From assembly GCF_021869535.1 (NCBI RefSeq), contig NW_026262615.1, positions 16,368,001 to 16,432,000 on the forward strand: a stretch of 64,000 nt of DNA, read 5' to 3'. The position numbers were made by a program, and so were the translations under genes. Each line of letters opens with the position of its first letter. Position 1 is the stretch's first letter. Below, piece after piece: positions 1 through 13,049 of the stretch. This DNA comes from Mytilus californianus (taxonomy: Eukaryota). Under the pieces are notes generated by a model that saw only the letters and a program-made list of their open reading frames with translations, did no database searches and was not told the DNA's origin.

Positions 1-1144
1 CTCACAAACAACTTAACAAACAGCTATATATCTGTATAATGTAAACAAAAATATAACACACAATAAAAAATTTTAAACTTAAAAAGGTTAGTTAAAGTAT
101 AAACTAATAGGTTTTTATTCATGACACAAGCTTACAGGTTTTGTATGCTTATAATGGGGTCTGGATGGAGTTTATAGAATAGAGAATAAAGATTCTAGAC
201 TACAGAAAAATGGGCCAAAAAGATTTAAAAAAATAGTGAAACAATAAAGAATAGAGAAAAATGGGGTGCAAAATATAAAGATTGGAGAGTACGGGGGAAA
301 CATGATAGAGAAGAGAAAAACCAACCAAATATAAAAGAATATGGAAATGAAGATCCCCCATCCAGACCCTCTATAACTGTAAAGTTTCAACAACAAAAAT
401 AATAAGACATGAAAGGTGCAATAAAAAATCCTGACCACGAGGATGGATAACACCATGACAAACATTGTCCTCAAATCATAAAACAGAACACACAAGACTG
501 AACTTGAATGTATTAACACCACTAACCACTAACATGACTGTGAGTGAACTAGAATGGAGTATACAGATAGAGGTAACCTTAATCAGGAATTAATATTACA
601 TTTGTACTACTATAAGTTATTTTATACATCTGTGAAATAAATTAATTACAATTATAAACATGCAAGCAAAATTAAAGATGTATTAATATTCATCTGGCAA
701 TGCTTAAAACAATTTATCTGTTTCTTAAGATACAAAATGTACATTGTTATGATTGTATATTTAAGATAAGTAAAATTTACACTACAATTTTTTACTTTCA
801 GGGCTTTTCAATGAATAAAAAAATTTGCAGAGGGAGATAATCATCTGAATACAATTGCAAAGCAACCAAATTTCACACACAAAATGGATACTGCCAATTT
901 CACTTTCCACAAACTAGCAAAGCATTTATTCTAAATAATGTTCTCCCAAAGAATTATCAACTTCTATAAATGTTTCATTAAATTATTTCTCTAGCTATAT
1001 TTAATATATATACGAGTAATACTATATTTCTGATTACACTAAGTAGTAATTTGTATGTTACCACTTCCTACAAAAAATATGTAGTGCATTTTACCTGTAC
1101 ATGGTCAGGTGTAATTTATTCAGTAATATTTACACCAAACTATA

Positions 1145-2083
1145 TTATGATTTGGAATCTGCAAGCCTTGTATTACTACCAAACATATTTCTCATTAAAA
1201 ATTCATAAGTTGCATTTATAATACCCCATGATATAAACGATCTGGTAAAATTTATGTGTACACCTCTAAACAATTTCTTAAGTTTTCTGTCTCTTTCAAT
1301 CCATACTTGTTTGGAAACTTTCCAAAAGCTGTCAAATTCACCACTAAGTTTACATTGCATCTTAACCTTCACTACATTGACGGGATAAAATATAGTACTC
1401 AAAGATGCACCTAAAACAGCACCACAGAAAAAGTCCTGAGATATTCTATCAGCTTGGGAATCAACTCTTGGCAAATTTTCCATGGCGTAATCTCTAAAGA
1501 GGAAAAACGGTACATTGCTTGGTCCATTTCTTAGTAAAACTGCTGATAATCCACGAAAATATTCCCTGAATCCATATTTACGTACCTCTTTAAAAGCATG
1601 AGCGGTATTGTCAAAACGATCTTTATACTGGCGATCTTGCATTAAAACTTGAATTCTTTCAAAAGGACACAACACTGCTTCTAAGGTTCCTGCAGTTAAT
1701 GCTGAAAAAATACGAACTCCATGGAGCGGTAAAGATGGATGTTCAACTGTCAAATAATGTTGAATTTTATAATAGGATCCAAACATAAGCGAAAGTGAGG
1801 TAGTTTTCTGAAGCAAAGGGGACAACAATCCCCGATACAAATGACGGATGCCTTCTTTCTGTAACTGCCCTACAGCCTTGCAAACTCTCACACCATGCAG
1901 CTGCTGTCGAAACATCACTTTATTAATGGGGAATGTAAACCCAATATTTACGAAGGCTGCTCCCCAGCCACTAATGAATTCTTCATAATCCTTTGTATTT
2001 CTGCTATGGATATAGGTTGACATTTCCTTCTGAGAAATAGTCCCAGGTTTTTGTACTATATTTTCCATATTGTGGTTCTTCAT
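1145..2083 (-). CDS. SLC25A51: Mitochondrial carrier SLC25A51/MCART1-like (mitochondrial NAD+ transporter), 312 aa, single coding exon
   Basis: Intact 312-aa ORF with three carrier-type Px[D/E/N]xx[K/R] repeats (FPINKVMFRQQLHG, CPFERIQVLMQ, YPVNVVKVKMQ). GWGAAFVNIGFTFPINKVMFRQQ and LFRGVHINFTRSFISWGIINATYE are diagnostic of the SLC25A51/52 subfamily. A splice acceptor (ctttcctttatccattacAG, AG at 2192-2191) lies 107 nt upstream of the ATG, so there is an untranslated upstream exon. Confidence 0.92.
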   Translation of the reverse strand: MKNHNMENIVQKPGTISQKEMSTYIHSRNTKDYEEFISGWGAAFVNIGFTFPINKVMFRQQLHGVRVCKAVGQLQKEGIRHLYRGLLSPLLQKTTSLSLMFGSYYKIQHYLTVEHPSLPLHGVRIFSALTAGTLEAVLCPFERIQVLMQDRQYKDRFDNTAHAFKEVRKYGFREYFRGLSAVLLRNGPSNVPFFLFRDYAMENLPRVDSQADRISQDFFCGAVLGASLSTIFYPVNVVKVKMQCKLSGEFDSFWKVSKQVWIERDRKLKKLFRGVHINFTRSFISWGIINATYEFLMRNMFGSNTRLADSKS

Positions 2084-2339
2084 GATATGAAATGTTATTT
2101 AATAATTGGATTATAGACACAATACATTTGACAGTTCGACATATTCTTGTCAATTATCAACATCCTGCAGAATCTGGCTTCTTCTCAAATCTGTAATGGA
2201 TAAAGGAAAGATCAAAATTGTTGCTTAACCGTATACATGATATAAAAGACTTAAAACAGGTATAAGCAATCTATATGTAAATAAATGTAAAACAACATTT
2301 GGAAAATCTCCAAAATTTGAGGACACCAATGGTCCATGC

Positions 2340-3300
2340 AATAAAATTGAGAATGGAAATGGGGAATGTGTCAAAGAGACAACAACCCGACCATAGAACA
2401 GACAACAGCAGAAGGTCACCAACAGGTCTTCAATGCAGCGAGAAATTCCCGCACCCGGAGGCGTCCTTCAGCTGGCCCCTAAACAAATATATATACTAGT
2501 TCAGTGATAATGAACGCCATACTAAACTCCAAATTGTACACAAGAAACTAAAATTAAAAATAATACAAGACTGACAAAGGCTAGAGGCTCCTGACTTGGG
2601 ACAGGCGCAAAAATGCGGCGGGGTTAAACATGTTTATGAGATCTCAACCCTCCCCCTATACCTCTAGCCAATGTAGAAAAGTAAACGCATAACAATACGC
2701 ACATTAAAATTCAGTTCAAGAGAAGTCCGAGTCTGATGTCAGAAGATGTAACCAAAGAAAATAAACAAAATGACAATAATACATAAATAACAACAGACTA
2801 CTAGCAGTTAACTGACATGCCAGCTCCAGACTTCAATTAAACTGATTGAAAGATTATGTCTTCATCATATGAATATCAGGCACAATCCTTCCCGTTAGGG
2901 GTTTAGTGTCATACCATCATAACATATATGAGAAGAACATAACCCGTGTCATGCCAACAACTGGTTTTTAAATAAATGTGTTAAGTGCCGATGCAAAGAC
3001 CCTATAAGTGAATCAATATTAACGCCAAAATATGCAATCTTTAATGACCTGACAACAGTATCGTAACTATATCCCTTCTTAATAAGTCTATTTAAAGGTT
3101 TTGTTAGCTTCAGAGGTGAATACTGACATTTTTGTGCTTTATAAAGAATATTTCCAAAAAATTGGATGTGAAATACCTGAACGTATAAGAAGTCTGCATG
3201 TTGAGCTATATTTAGGAATGATGTCCTTATACCGATGATAAAATTTAGTAAATGTTTTGACTAGTTTGTGATATCGAAAACCCTGGTGTAATAATTTTTC
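2340..3300 (+). repeat. Young high-copy dispersed repeat (Nin-domain-like core ctcctgacttgggacagg...ggggttaaacatg), in the SLC25A51 intron
   Basis: 2340-2668 is almost identical to 58911-59240. The same core recurs at ~24850-25200 (-), ~30020-30450 (+), ~42480-42830 (-) and ~49740-50010 (-). Confidence 0.75.
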
Positions 3301-4308
3301 AGTAAGTCTTTACCAAGTCTTTAATTAGGTGTTACTAAATTTTGAAACAAATAATTTGAAAACTTGTAATTAATATTAATACAAAACATAATTTGAATCC
3401 CAATAACCAAATAATGACCATTTTTACATGCTACCCCAGAGACATATATATACATTTAGTTTATATGTCTCTGGCTACACATATATAAAAGAATGCAAGA
3501 CAACATATCATATTACAGAAGAATAAGATACTTACAAATGCATGGGGAGTGACAAGTCCCAGCCCTATCTGTGTGTAAAACATAGCTCTGTGTGTAATAC
3601 ACACACTGAGTGTGGTTGTAATCATGATAATTGTCTTTAATAATTGCAATATTATCTATATAAAATTGGCCTGTGGGAAATGTTTATGTATATTACACTT
3701 TAATATATATATATATATCATGTATATTTTCAATATTAACAAGATAAAAACAAAATGATCTATTTAAAAATAATTGTGTAAAAATGTAAGAAACAAAATA
3801 TTTAAATGTATTAATATTTAAATAAAATCTTGGAAATCAAGGTTAAAAAATATCAATAAAAGACTGCAAAATGTCATCTAGAAAATAACACATCTAAACT
3901 CTGAAAGATTTTGTCAAAACGTTATCAAGTTATTGCACAGACAACACTGAGTATCACTTTTCACTACTTAAAAACATCTACAACTCAACAACGATAAAAG
4001 CTAAAATTGTGAGAATACAACTTGACCTTCATTTAGTCATAGGAAACAACATATTTAAATTTGAAAGATTTCATCAAAGCTTTTTTAAGTTATTGCATGG
4101 ACACTGTTTGGCAGCTGCCAGCCCGCCGTACATCATCAAATTAATAACTGATGTGTTCCATTGGAAATACGGTTAAAAATGGGGTCACTGCTCGTTTTTG
4201 CCTGCTATAATATAAAATAACAAAAATTTTCTGTAGATTCCATTACAATTTGAACTATTTCTGAGTTACCTCCACTTTAAATGCAAAGTTTAAAAAAAAT
4301 CTGAATCA

Positions 4309-4772
4309 GGCCAAAAAAAATATATATATGTCTGTTTACCGTTTATACTTGACCGACCCTATTTCTGAGCGCCAACCTGAGGTCATTTTTTTTTCGATCT
4401 TAAAGTGAAAAATTAACTGAACTCGTGTCAAAAGTGAAGTTAGAGTTGCCAATTAAATAAATCTATTGCCTGATACATCCCAATGTTCACAATTGTGAAT
4501 ATGGTGGCAGTTTAAAGGAAAGTCGCAACTTGTGTGATGCAAAAAACACTTTGCCGTCATTTTTTTCCATCCATTAACCAAGGGAAATAATCCAATTATT
4601 AAAAATACAGATAAACTCTGCCCATGGACAACTGGACAACATGGAACGATTGAAGACAGACTGCATGACTCAAAATCATGTTGCAAAAAATAAGATGAAA
4701 TGGAAATACCAACCTTCCTACCCTATTTTTTTTAATGATGTAACTTTAAACAGACATATCTTTTTTTTGGCC
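4309..4772. mobile_element. Non-autonomous TIR element (MITE) with GGCCAAAAAAAA termini
   Basis: Left end ggccaaaaaaaatatatatatgtctgttta vs right end taaacagacatatcttttttttggcc (imperfect inverted repeat). No clear TSD. Confidence 0.55.
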
Positions 4773-5691
4773 GCAAACAAAAATATTCTACTTTTGTAAA
4801 AGAATGATCAATTATAACTTAAAATCACATATTTTTTTCATTTAAATGAAAATTCTTATTAAATTGCACTCCTGCATTGAAATTTGCTCACTAAATAGAA
4901 AATTTAGACCTATTGTGTTCTGCCACTTGACAATCCAAGATGGCAGAAGACACCCATAAAAACAAGAGGCTCTCAAGAGCCTGAATTGCTCACCTGTATT
5001 TCAGAGGAGAAGATTTTTAAATGTTAGCAAACTTGATGAACAAATTGTGTAAAATTGTCTTTAAAGGACAATAACTCATTAAGGGGTCAATTGACAATTA
5101 TGATCATATTAACTTTTGTGAAGATCTTACTTTGCTGAACATTATTGCTGCTTACAGTTTATATATATCTATAATAATATTCAAAATAATAACAAAAAAC
5201 TGCAAAATTTTGTTAAAACTACCAATTCGGTGGCAGCAACCCAACAATGGGTTGTTCCATTCTTCTGAAAATTTCAGGGCTGATAGATCTTGACCAATTA
5301 AACAATTTTACCCCGGTCACATTTGCTCTAACAGATTTAGATTTCGAGATATAAGCCAAAAACTGCATTTGACCCTTATGTTCTATTTTTAGCCATGGCG
5401 GCCATGTTTGTCGATGGATACAAACTTCGGATACAATTTATAAACAAGATACCCTAAGGAACATTTAGTTAAAGTTTGAAGGTAATTGGCCCAGTAGTTT
5501 CAGAGGAGAAGATTTTTAAATGTTAGCAAACTTGATGAACAAATTGTGTAAAATTGTCTTTAAAGGGCAATAACTCATTAAGGGGTCAATTGACAATTAT
5601 GGTCATATTAACTTTTTTGTAAATCTTACTTTGCTGAACATTATTGCTGCTTTCAGTTTATATATATCTATAATAATATTCAAAATAATAA

Positions 5692-8586
5692 CAAATAAAA
5701 TGCTTCGCTGGGGCGCAGCTTGATACGACCGCAGAGGTCGAACCCTGAACAGTTGGGGCAAGTATGGACACAACATTCAAGCTTGATACAGCTCTGAATT
5801 TGGATTGTTATTAAATATTTGACACAGCATAGGTTTCTGACACAGAAAGAATGTGGTCTAAGAACTTGAATTTTTTTAATTTACCTATTATGGTCCAATG
5901 TCCAAAATCAAAATACATGGTTAGATTCAGCATATCAAAGAACCCCATATATTCAATTTTTGTTAAAATCAAACAAAGTTTAATTTTGGACCCCAACTTG
6001 GACAAACTTGAAAACTGGGCCCATAATCAAAAATCTAAACACATGTTTAGATTCAGCATATCAAAGAACCCCAAGAATTCAATTTTTGCTAAAATCAAAC
6101 TAAGTTTAATTTTGGACCCTTTGGACCTTAATGTAGACCAATTTAAAAAACGGGACTTAAAATTAAAAATCTAAATACACGGTTAGATTTGGAATATCAA
6201 AGAACCCCAATAATTCAATTTTTGATGAAATCAAACAAAGTTTAATTTTGGACCCTTTTGACCTCAATATGAACCAATTTGATAGCGGGGCCCACAAATA
6301 AAAAATCTAAATTCATGGTTAGATTCAGCATATCAAAGAACCCCATATATTCAATTTTTGTTGAAATCAAAAAAAGTTTAATTTTGGACCCCAACTTGGA
6401 CCAACTTGAAAACTGGGCCCATAATCAAAAATCTAAACACATGTTTAGATTCAGCATATCAAAGAACCCCAAGAATTCAATTTTTGTTAAAATCAAACTA
6501 AGTTTAATTTTGGACCCTTTGGACCTCAATGAAGACCAATTTAAAAAACGGGACCCAAATTAAAAATCTAAAAACACGGTTAGATTTGGCATATCAAAGA
6601 ACCCCAATAATTCAATTTTCGATGAAATCAAACAAAGTTTAATTTTGGACCCTTTTGACCTCAATATGAACCAATTTGATAGCGGGGCCTACAAATAAAA
6701 AATCTAAATACATGGTTAGATTCAGCATATCAAAGAACCCCATATATTCAATTTTTGTTGAAATCAAACAAAGTTTAATTTTGGACCCCAATTTGGACCA
6801 ACTTGAAAACTGGGCCCATAATCAAAAATCTAAATACATGTTTAGATTCAGCATATCAAAGAACCCCATATATTCAATTTTTGTTGAAATCAAACAAAGT
6901 TTAAATACTGGACCCTATCTTGGACCAACTTGAAAACTGGGCCCATAATCAAAAATCTAAACACATGTTTAGATTCAGCAAATCAAAGAACCCAAAGAAT
7001 TCAATTTTTGTCAAAATCAAACTTAAGTTTAATTTTGGACCCTTTGGACCTCAATGTAGACCAATTTAAAAAACAGGACCCAAAATTAAAAACCTAAATA
7101 CACGGTAAGATTTGGAATATCAAAGAACCCCAATAATTCAATTTTAGATGAAATCAAACAAAGTTTAATTTTGGACCCTTTTGACCTCAATATGAACCAA
7201 TTAGATAACGGGGTCCACAAATAAAAAATCTAAATACATGGTTAGATTCAGCATATCAAAGAACCCCATATATTCAATTTTTGTTGAAATCAAACAAAGT
7301 TTAATTTTGGACCCCAATTTGGACCAACTTGAAAACTGGGCCAAAAATCAAAAATCTAAATACATGTTTAGATTCAGCATATCAAAGAACCTCATATATT
7401 CAATTTTTGCTAAAATCAAACAAAGTTTAATTTTGGACCCTTTGGACATTAATGTAGACCAATTTGAAAACTGGACCCAAAATTAAAAATCTAAATACAC
7501 TGTTAGATTCGGCATAACAAATAAATAAATGTGATCAAAGATTTTACAAATCTAATGCGCCATACTGTGCAATTAAAGATTACTTCTTGAAATTTTTCAA
7601 TATTTGAAATTTGAAAAAAAAATAATATTTGAAGAATAATTCTTTTTAATTTCTGAAATCTGAAATGAGAAAAAATTGGCCCCCCACAATTTCTTTTTAT
7701 CCCCCCCCCCTTTTTCCCCCAAAAAAATTCTTTCCCTCAAGATATGGTCATAATCTCAATTCCAATTTCCAATGGAGTTGGCAACCATAATTACCCATTA
7801 AAATTTACCATAGTGCTAACTTAATCTATTTTATAATAGAATTAATAAAAATATAGTGTCAAATCTTTCATATGGATTTTTTTGTAAAAAAAAAGATGAA
7901 AACATTTGCAGATATTTTTACTGGTCTTCCTTTATAAATATGCATTTCTTTAAACATAATTTAAAAGCAGTGTAAGGGAAGTAACCAAAACGTTGTATTT
8001 TGATTACCTCCCTTACACTGTTTTAGATTATCTTTATTGTTCATTAACCATTACTTTATACATAATTTAAAAGCAGTGTAAGGGAGATAATTTCAATGAT
8101 GTATTTGATTTATCTCCCTTACACTGCTTTAAATTATGTTTTGTACTAAAGTATTTGTCCATTAACCAGGACAACCTTGTTTTTCCCCCTTTTTTGCCCC
8201 TAATTCCTAAACGGTTTGAGCCATAACCCCCCAAAGCAAATCCTAACCATCCCTTTGTGGTATGGAAACTTGTAGTATAATTTCAGAGAGATCCATACAC
8301 CGTTCCACAGTTATTGTCTGGAAACTAGAAAATGCTCATTTTTGGCCCCTTTTTGGCCCCTTATTCCTTAACTGTTGGTACCATAACCCCCAAAATCAAT
8401 CCCAACCTTCCTTTTGTGGTATTTAACCTTATGGTCAAATTTCAAAAAGATCCATTCACTTAAACTAAAGTTAGAGTGCGAAAACCAATATGTATATATA
8501 TATATACGCCGGACGACGACGACGACGAAGACGACGCCAACGTCATACCAATATACGACCACAAAATTTTTTTGCGGTCGTATAAA
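5692..8586 (+). mobile_element. HINE-like element B nested in element A, carrying a satellite array
   Basis: Interrupts A at aataataacaaa|...|aaaaactgcaaaatttt (compare the uninterrupted unit at ~5185). 5' subTIR gatacgaccgc (~5723). 3' (gac)n plus hairpin tatacgaccacaaaa...tttgcggtcgtata at ~8550-8584. Confidence 0.75.
5900..7520. repeat. Tandem satellite, 12 monomers of 126-137 bp with a ~398-bp three-monomer higher-order period
   Basis: The anchor atcaaagaac occurs at 5934, 6060, 6196, 6332, 6458, 6593, 6729, 6855, 6982, 7119, 7255, 7381 (spacings 126,136,136,126,135,136,126,127,137,136,126). Confidence 0.9.
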
Positions 8587-10678
8587 AACTGCAAAATTTT
8601 GTTAAAACTACCAATTCGGTGGCAGCAACCCAACAATGGGTTGTTCGATTCGTCTGAAAATTTCAGAGCTGATAGATCTTGACCAATTGAACAATTTTAT
8701 CCCATGTCAGATTTGCTCTAAAAGCTTTAGTTTTTGTGATATAAGCCAAAAACTGCATTTGACCCCTATGTTCTATTTTTAGCCATGGCGGCCATGTTTG
8801 TCGATGGATCAAAACTTTAAATACAATTTATAAACTAGATACCCTAAGGAACATTTAGTTAAAGTTTGAAGGTATTTGACCCCGTAGTTTCAGAGGAGAA
8901 GATTTTTTGTATAGTTTACGACGACAGACAACAACGACGACGGATGCCAAGTGATGGCATTAGCTCACATGGGGCCCTTCGGGCCCCTGTGAGCTAAAAA
9001 GGAAGAAAATATCAATAGTCAAACATCAAAGTCAAAGAAAAACCAACAATTCATGTTTTCCATGGGAAAATATCAAAAAACAATGAAAAGACAAACAACA
9101 GTCTACAAAACACTACATGGAAAACTAAAGACTGAGCAACATGATCCCCATTTTTTAATTTTCTTGTACCAGTGAACTATTTTGGAGGTACATGTAGAGT
9201 TATATCCCTTAGACATTCAGATTTTTTTCACTTATGCAGTATCTGTAAATAATTCACATTTTCTTCTTTTCTTGAATTTTTCTTGACTACATTGCTGTAA
9301 TTGAGTTTTTAATTGTCTGTCATTGATAGCTGTCTATGCGGTATGGCTTTTGCTCATTGTTGAAGGCTGTTCATGTACGTTGACCTATAGTTGTTAGCTT
9401 CAATGTCATTTGGTATCTGGTGGAGAGTTATTTCATTGGCAATCATACCACATCTTCTCATTTTATATTTACTATTCATAAAAGTATAATTTCAAGGTCA
9501 ATCAAAATCTCATTGGTGCATTTTCTGAAAAATACTGCAATTTACTATTCTCCAGGGAGCAATTAATATTTGAAGGCCCTGCACAGTTACTTAACATCTG
9601 TGTGCAGTAGATTTCTTAGTTATAAAAATATTTGTATACCAGGAAAAAAATTATGACATGTTTTGGTCTACCAAAACTTGAGATTTAAAGGGTTGTTAAA
9701 AAAATTTACTTGTATTTTTGGAGAAGATTAAGAGGAGATTATTCAAATCTTCAAATAAAAATTAAAAACTTACAACTGAACTAAATCCATATTCAGGACG
9801 AGAACATGATAATGTGTTCGATATGAATATAAACCTGCTTTGAACTAGACCTACACACTGAGCTTGGTCTCACTAATTAGTAACAAGAAGCATCAGGAAG
9901 TGACAAGAAGCGTAAAGGAGCGACAAGAAGAATAATTTAGCGACAAAAAGACTTAATTTAGCGCCAAGAAATCTTAATAGAAATCATGGTAATTAAAGGT
10001 GTTTTTTTTTTTATATAAATGTGTTTTCACTACTTACATGCATGTAGTTAAAAATCATAAGGTTATGAATGTTTGAATTTGTGTTGGATGGGTTTGTGTT
10101 TATGGGTTATTTCTTCATTCTTAAATTTTGTTAAGCTATTTTTCTCAATTCTTTATGGACAATTGGTATAAACAGATGATTGAAGGATTAGCTCCTCATG
10201 TATGCTTGTATATTAAGAGTAATTGCCATGTGCTTTTATTTACATAATTTAATTACCAATTAACTCCCTGTTGTGACATGATAATGATTCTGGGATTGTT
10301 GCAAAATGTTCAGATTGATACATACTTTAAAATGTTTTTTTTTTTTTCACTAAAAATTCATAATATAACTGTAGTGCTACTGAATAAAATAAATTTGTAA
10401 CTTTATTAAACAACAAAAAATCAGCTGGAATGAATTCACTTTTTCTATTAATTGATTGTTTTTATAGTGTTTAAACTTTCTTGTCACTAAATTTGTCTTC
10501 TTGTCGCTAATTTTTTCTTCTTGTCACAAATTTTTTTCTTCTATTTTTCTCTTAAGGCCAACTAAAATTAATTAGTAGATTTTCATCCAAATTTTTTTTT
10601 AAAATGGGGCGGGTGGGATGATTTTATTATTTTATTTTTATTTCCTCCAAACCCTTTTGTGACGTGTTCTTCATATGC

Positions 10679-10744
10679 CAGTCTGATTAAAACCAGCCCC
10701 CACTATCCATATGTAGATAGTGGGGGCTGGTTTCAATCAGACTG
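10679..10744. repeat. 66-nt near-perfect palindrome/hairpin (29-bp stem, 8-nt loop)
   Basis: cagtctgattaaaaccagcccccactatc-catatgta-gatagtgggggctggtttcaatcagactg. The single mismatch becomes G-U on the minus strand. Confidence 0.85.
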
Positions 10745-10771
10745 TTCATTTGCAAGGGTAATTAAGCTTAT

Positions 10772-10774
<3 letters not shown>

Positions 10775-10810
<36 letters not shown>
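10775..10810. repeat. (TA)n microsatellite
   Basis: Uninterrupted TA dinucleotide run. Confidence 0.9.
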
Positions 10811-10814
<4 letters not shown>

Positions 10815-11559
10815 AATTCTGCATAATTTTTCAAGTTTTTAATAATATTTCTGATTGGCAACCACTGTTCTACATGTAATTGCTGCTTTAGAAACCTATT
10901 TTTAGTAAATAGCAAAAAGGTGGAGAAATGCTCTATTTTTGACTACCTACATCAAATTCATTTTGCTTTCTAAGCTATGGTTTGTAGTGCCCTTTACAAG
11001 TATTATGAGTACAGAGTGAAATGAAAACTCAAACTGTGTTGAAAATACTAGGGTTTATGCTTTTTTGATTCTTATGCAGCCGTGCAAAAAATACAATGTA
11101 AAACATGAACTTAACCAAAAAGAAGTTGTTTAATGACTCTATTGAGGGGTTGGGGACAGAGGGTAAACATGGTAAATCTAAGGGCTTGCTATAATACATT
11201 TTGTACGTTGGACGACTTTTTGTACTCAATATTATTATATGGTCATAGATCGCACAAGTTCGTGCTTGTGTCAATTTCTGTATTTCAGTCATGTTTTTTG
11301 TAGCAATGTGTTTCACGATTCTTGCGCTTTGGATATCATTCACAGTCCAAATTTCCTGACACAAAGTCTTTGTATATATAGAAAAATCCATGGTTTTCTA
11401 ATCACTGAAATTAGTGACACTGCAATTTGCATTCTTGGACACCTCCTGTTACTCGTAACTCGATTATTTCATGCCCTTCTCAACAGCAATCTCTATTCTC
11501 GGAAAATAATGTTGTCATTATAGAGCAGAATATTTCGACTTAATCATTTGGGTAATTAC

Positions 11560-11667
11560 TTGAAAAAGTATGAGAAACCGAAATTTGCTTCAGGAAGTTT
11601 TGAAAGAAACAAAATTATCGGCGGTTACTGGTAACTATGGTAACAGAAATGAACAAAATCCGGAAAT
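11560..11667 (-). promoter_or_regulatory. Candidate SLC25A51 promoter and first non-coding exon: RFX X-box plus two ETS sites
   Basis: GTAACTATGGTAAC (11631-11644) fits the X-box consensus GTHNYY-AT-RRNAAC. ETS motifs CAGGAAGT (11591-11598) and CCGGAAAT (11660-11667). Minus-strand donor-like tcaa|GTAATT at 11560/11559. Linkage to SLC25A51 is inferred. Confidence 0.4.
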
Positions 11668-12002
11668 CGTAAATCCTGTCAAGGCAAGAGAAACAAGACG
11701 TTTCGGCCATGGAGCCGGTTTCGTCCTTGGTTGATTCGGCCGTGGTCATTTCAGACTTGTACCACTTCGGCCATGTAATAAAAGTAGTTTCAGCAATACT
11801 TTTATTTTATATCAAAAGAGATTTGTTGTATATACTCTCATTTATATACCTTTAATAACTTTAAAAAGAACTTTAATCATACCTGCCAACCTCTGACAAT
11901 GAAAAATCATGTCATGACATGACATGTCAAAAAGCGTGTGAAAACACGAGATGTAAATGCGGACTTTTTAAAATGAACATCATACAAATTTGTTAATAAA
12001 AA

Positions 12003-13027
12003 AAATTTGTAAGGGTTTCGCGGAACCCAGTGTCTCGCCTACTTTTTCTGTTAATCGCAGGCTCAACAAAAACGAGGAAGTAAATCAATAAAAATATTCC
12101 TCTTGATACTATCTTTTGATTGTAAGAAGTTTCTGTCCAAGTTTGGTAAAATTCCAGGATAGTTTATGAATCTAATAAATGTTTAAAAACTTTAACTGCA
12201 GACTGAATGTAATGTTAACTGGAAGAAAACAAAATTTCCTTCTAGATACTAGCATTTGATCATAAACAAGCTTCTGTCCAAGTTTGGTACAAATCCAAAA
12301 TAGTATAAGAAAGTTATTAAAATTTTAAAAACTTTAACCACAGAGTGAATATGTTGTTTCCTGGCAGAAAATCTAAGTCCATTTAAAAGTAAAATATGGA
12401 AAAAATGGATTTATTTTTTTACAAAATTTCCTTCTAGATACTAGCTTTTGATAATAAACAAGCTTCTGTTCAAGTTTGGTACAAATCCAAAATAGTATAA
12501 GAAAGTTATTAAAATTTTAAAAACTTTAACCACAGAGTGAATGTGTTGTTTCCTGGCAGAAAATCTAAGTCCATTTAAAAGTAAAATAAGGAAAAAATGG
12601 ATTTATTTTTTTATAAAATTTACTTCTAGATACTATCTTATGATCATAAACAAGCTTCTGTCCAAGTTTGGTACAAACCCAGGATAGTTTAAGAAAGTTA
12701 TTAAAATTTTAAAAACTTTAACCACAGAGTGAATGTAACATTTACTGGCAGAAAAACTAAGTCCATTTATAAGTAAAATACGGAAAAAATGGAATTTTAT
12801 TTTTACAAAATTTACCTCTGGATACTATCTTATGATCATAAACAAGCTTCTGTCCAAGTTTGGTAGAAATCCAGGATAGTTTAAGAAAGTTATTAAAATT
12901 TCAAAAACTTTAACCACAGAGTGAATATTTGTGGACGCCGCCGACGACAACGACGACGAAGACGCCGACGGAATGAAGGATCGCTATGTCTCGCTTTTTC
13001 GACTAAAGTCGAAGGCTCGACAAAAAA
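12003..13027 (+). mobile_element. HINE-like element with 192-bp tandem repeats, nested in the hAT
   Basis: 5' tgtctcgcc subTIR. The unit anchor cttctgt[c/t]caagtttgg occurs at 12271, 12463, 12655, 12847 (192-bp period). 3' (gac)n plus hairpin ttcgact-aa-agtcgaa and ggctcgacaaaaa. Confidence 0.75.
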
Positions 13028-13049
13028 ACAATATTCTACTGTAAACTTT

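Larger units (their letters stand above)
4958..9000 (+). mobile_element. Helentron-associated (HINE/DTC84-like) non-autonomous element A, host of nested element B
   Basis: 5' end aaacaagaggctctcaagagcctgaattgctcacctg. 3' end has a (gac)n microsatellite, then agctcacat-ggggccc-ttc-gggcccc-tgtgagct-aaaaa (sub-terminal inverted repeat plus hairpin). Internal ~500-bp repeat (5001 vs 5501). Sits in an A-run with no TSD. Confidence 0.75.

Noticed and set aside
172-522. 116-aa hydrophobic ORF on the minus strand, with a 12-bp inverted repeat (gggtctggatgg at ~157 / ccatccagaccc at ~358)
   Set aside because: It lies in T-rich sequence downstream of SLC25A51, which yields F/I/L-rich spurious ORFs. 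No recognisable family or splice context, and the inverted repeat is too short to be significant.
5811-7486. Several similar ORFs (MVRFSISKNPIYSIF...)
   Set aside because: Translations of the 126-136-bp satellite, not genes.
11029-11391. 120-aa ORF with a perfect ACCATGG context below the X-box promoter
   Set aside because: No recognisable motif, several upstream ATGs, and it falls in the inferred first intron of SLC25A51. Unsupported without expression data.
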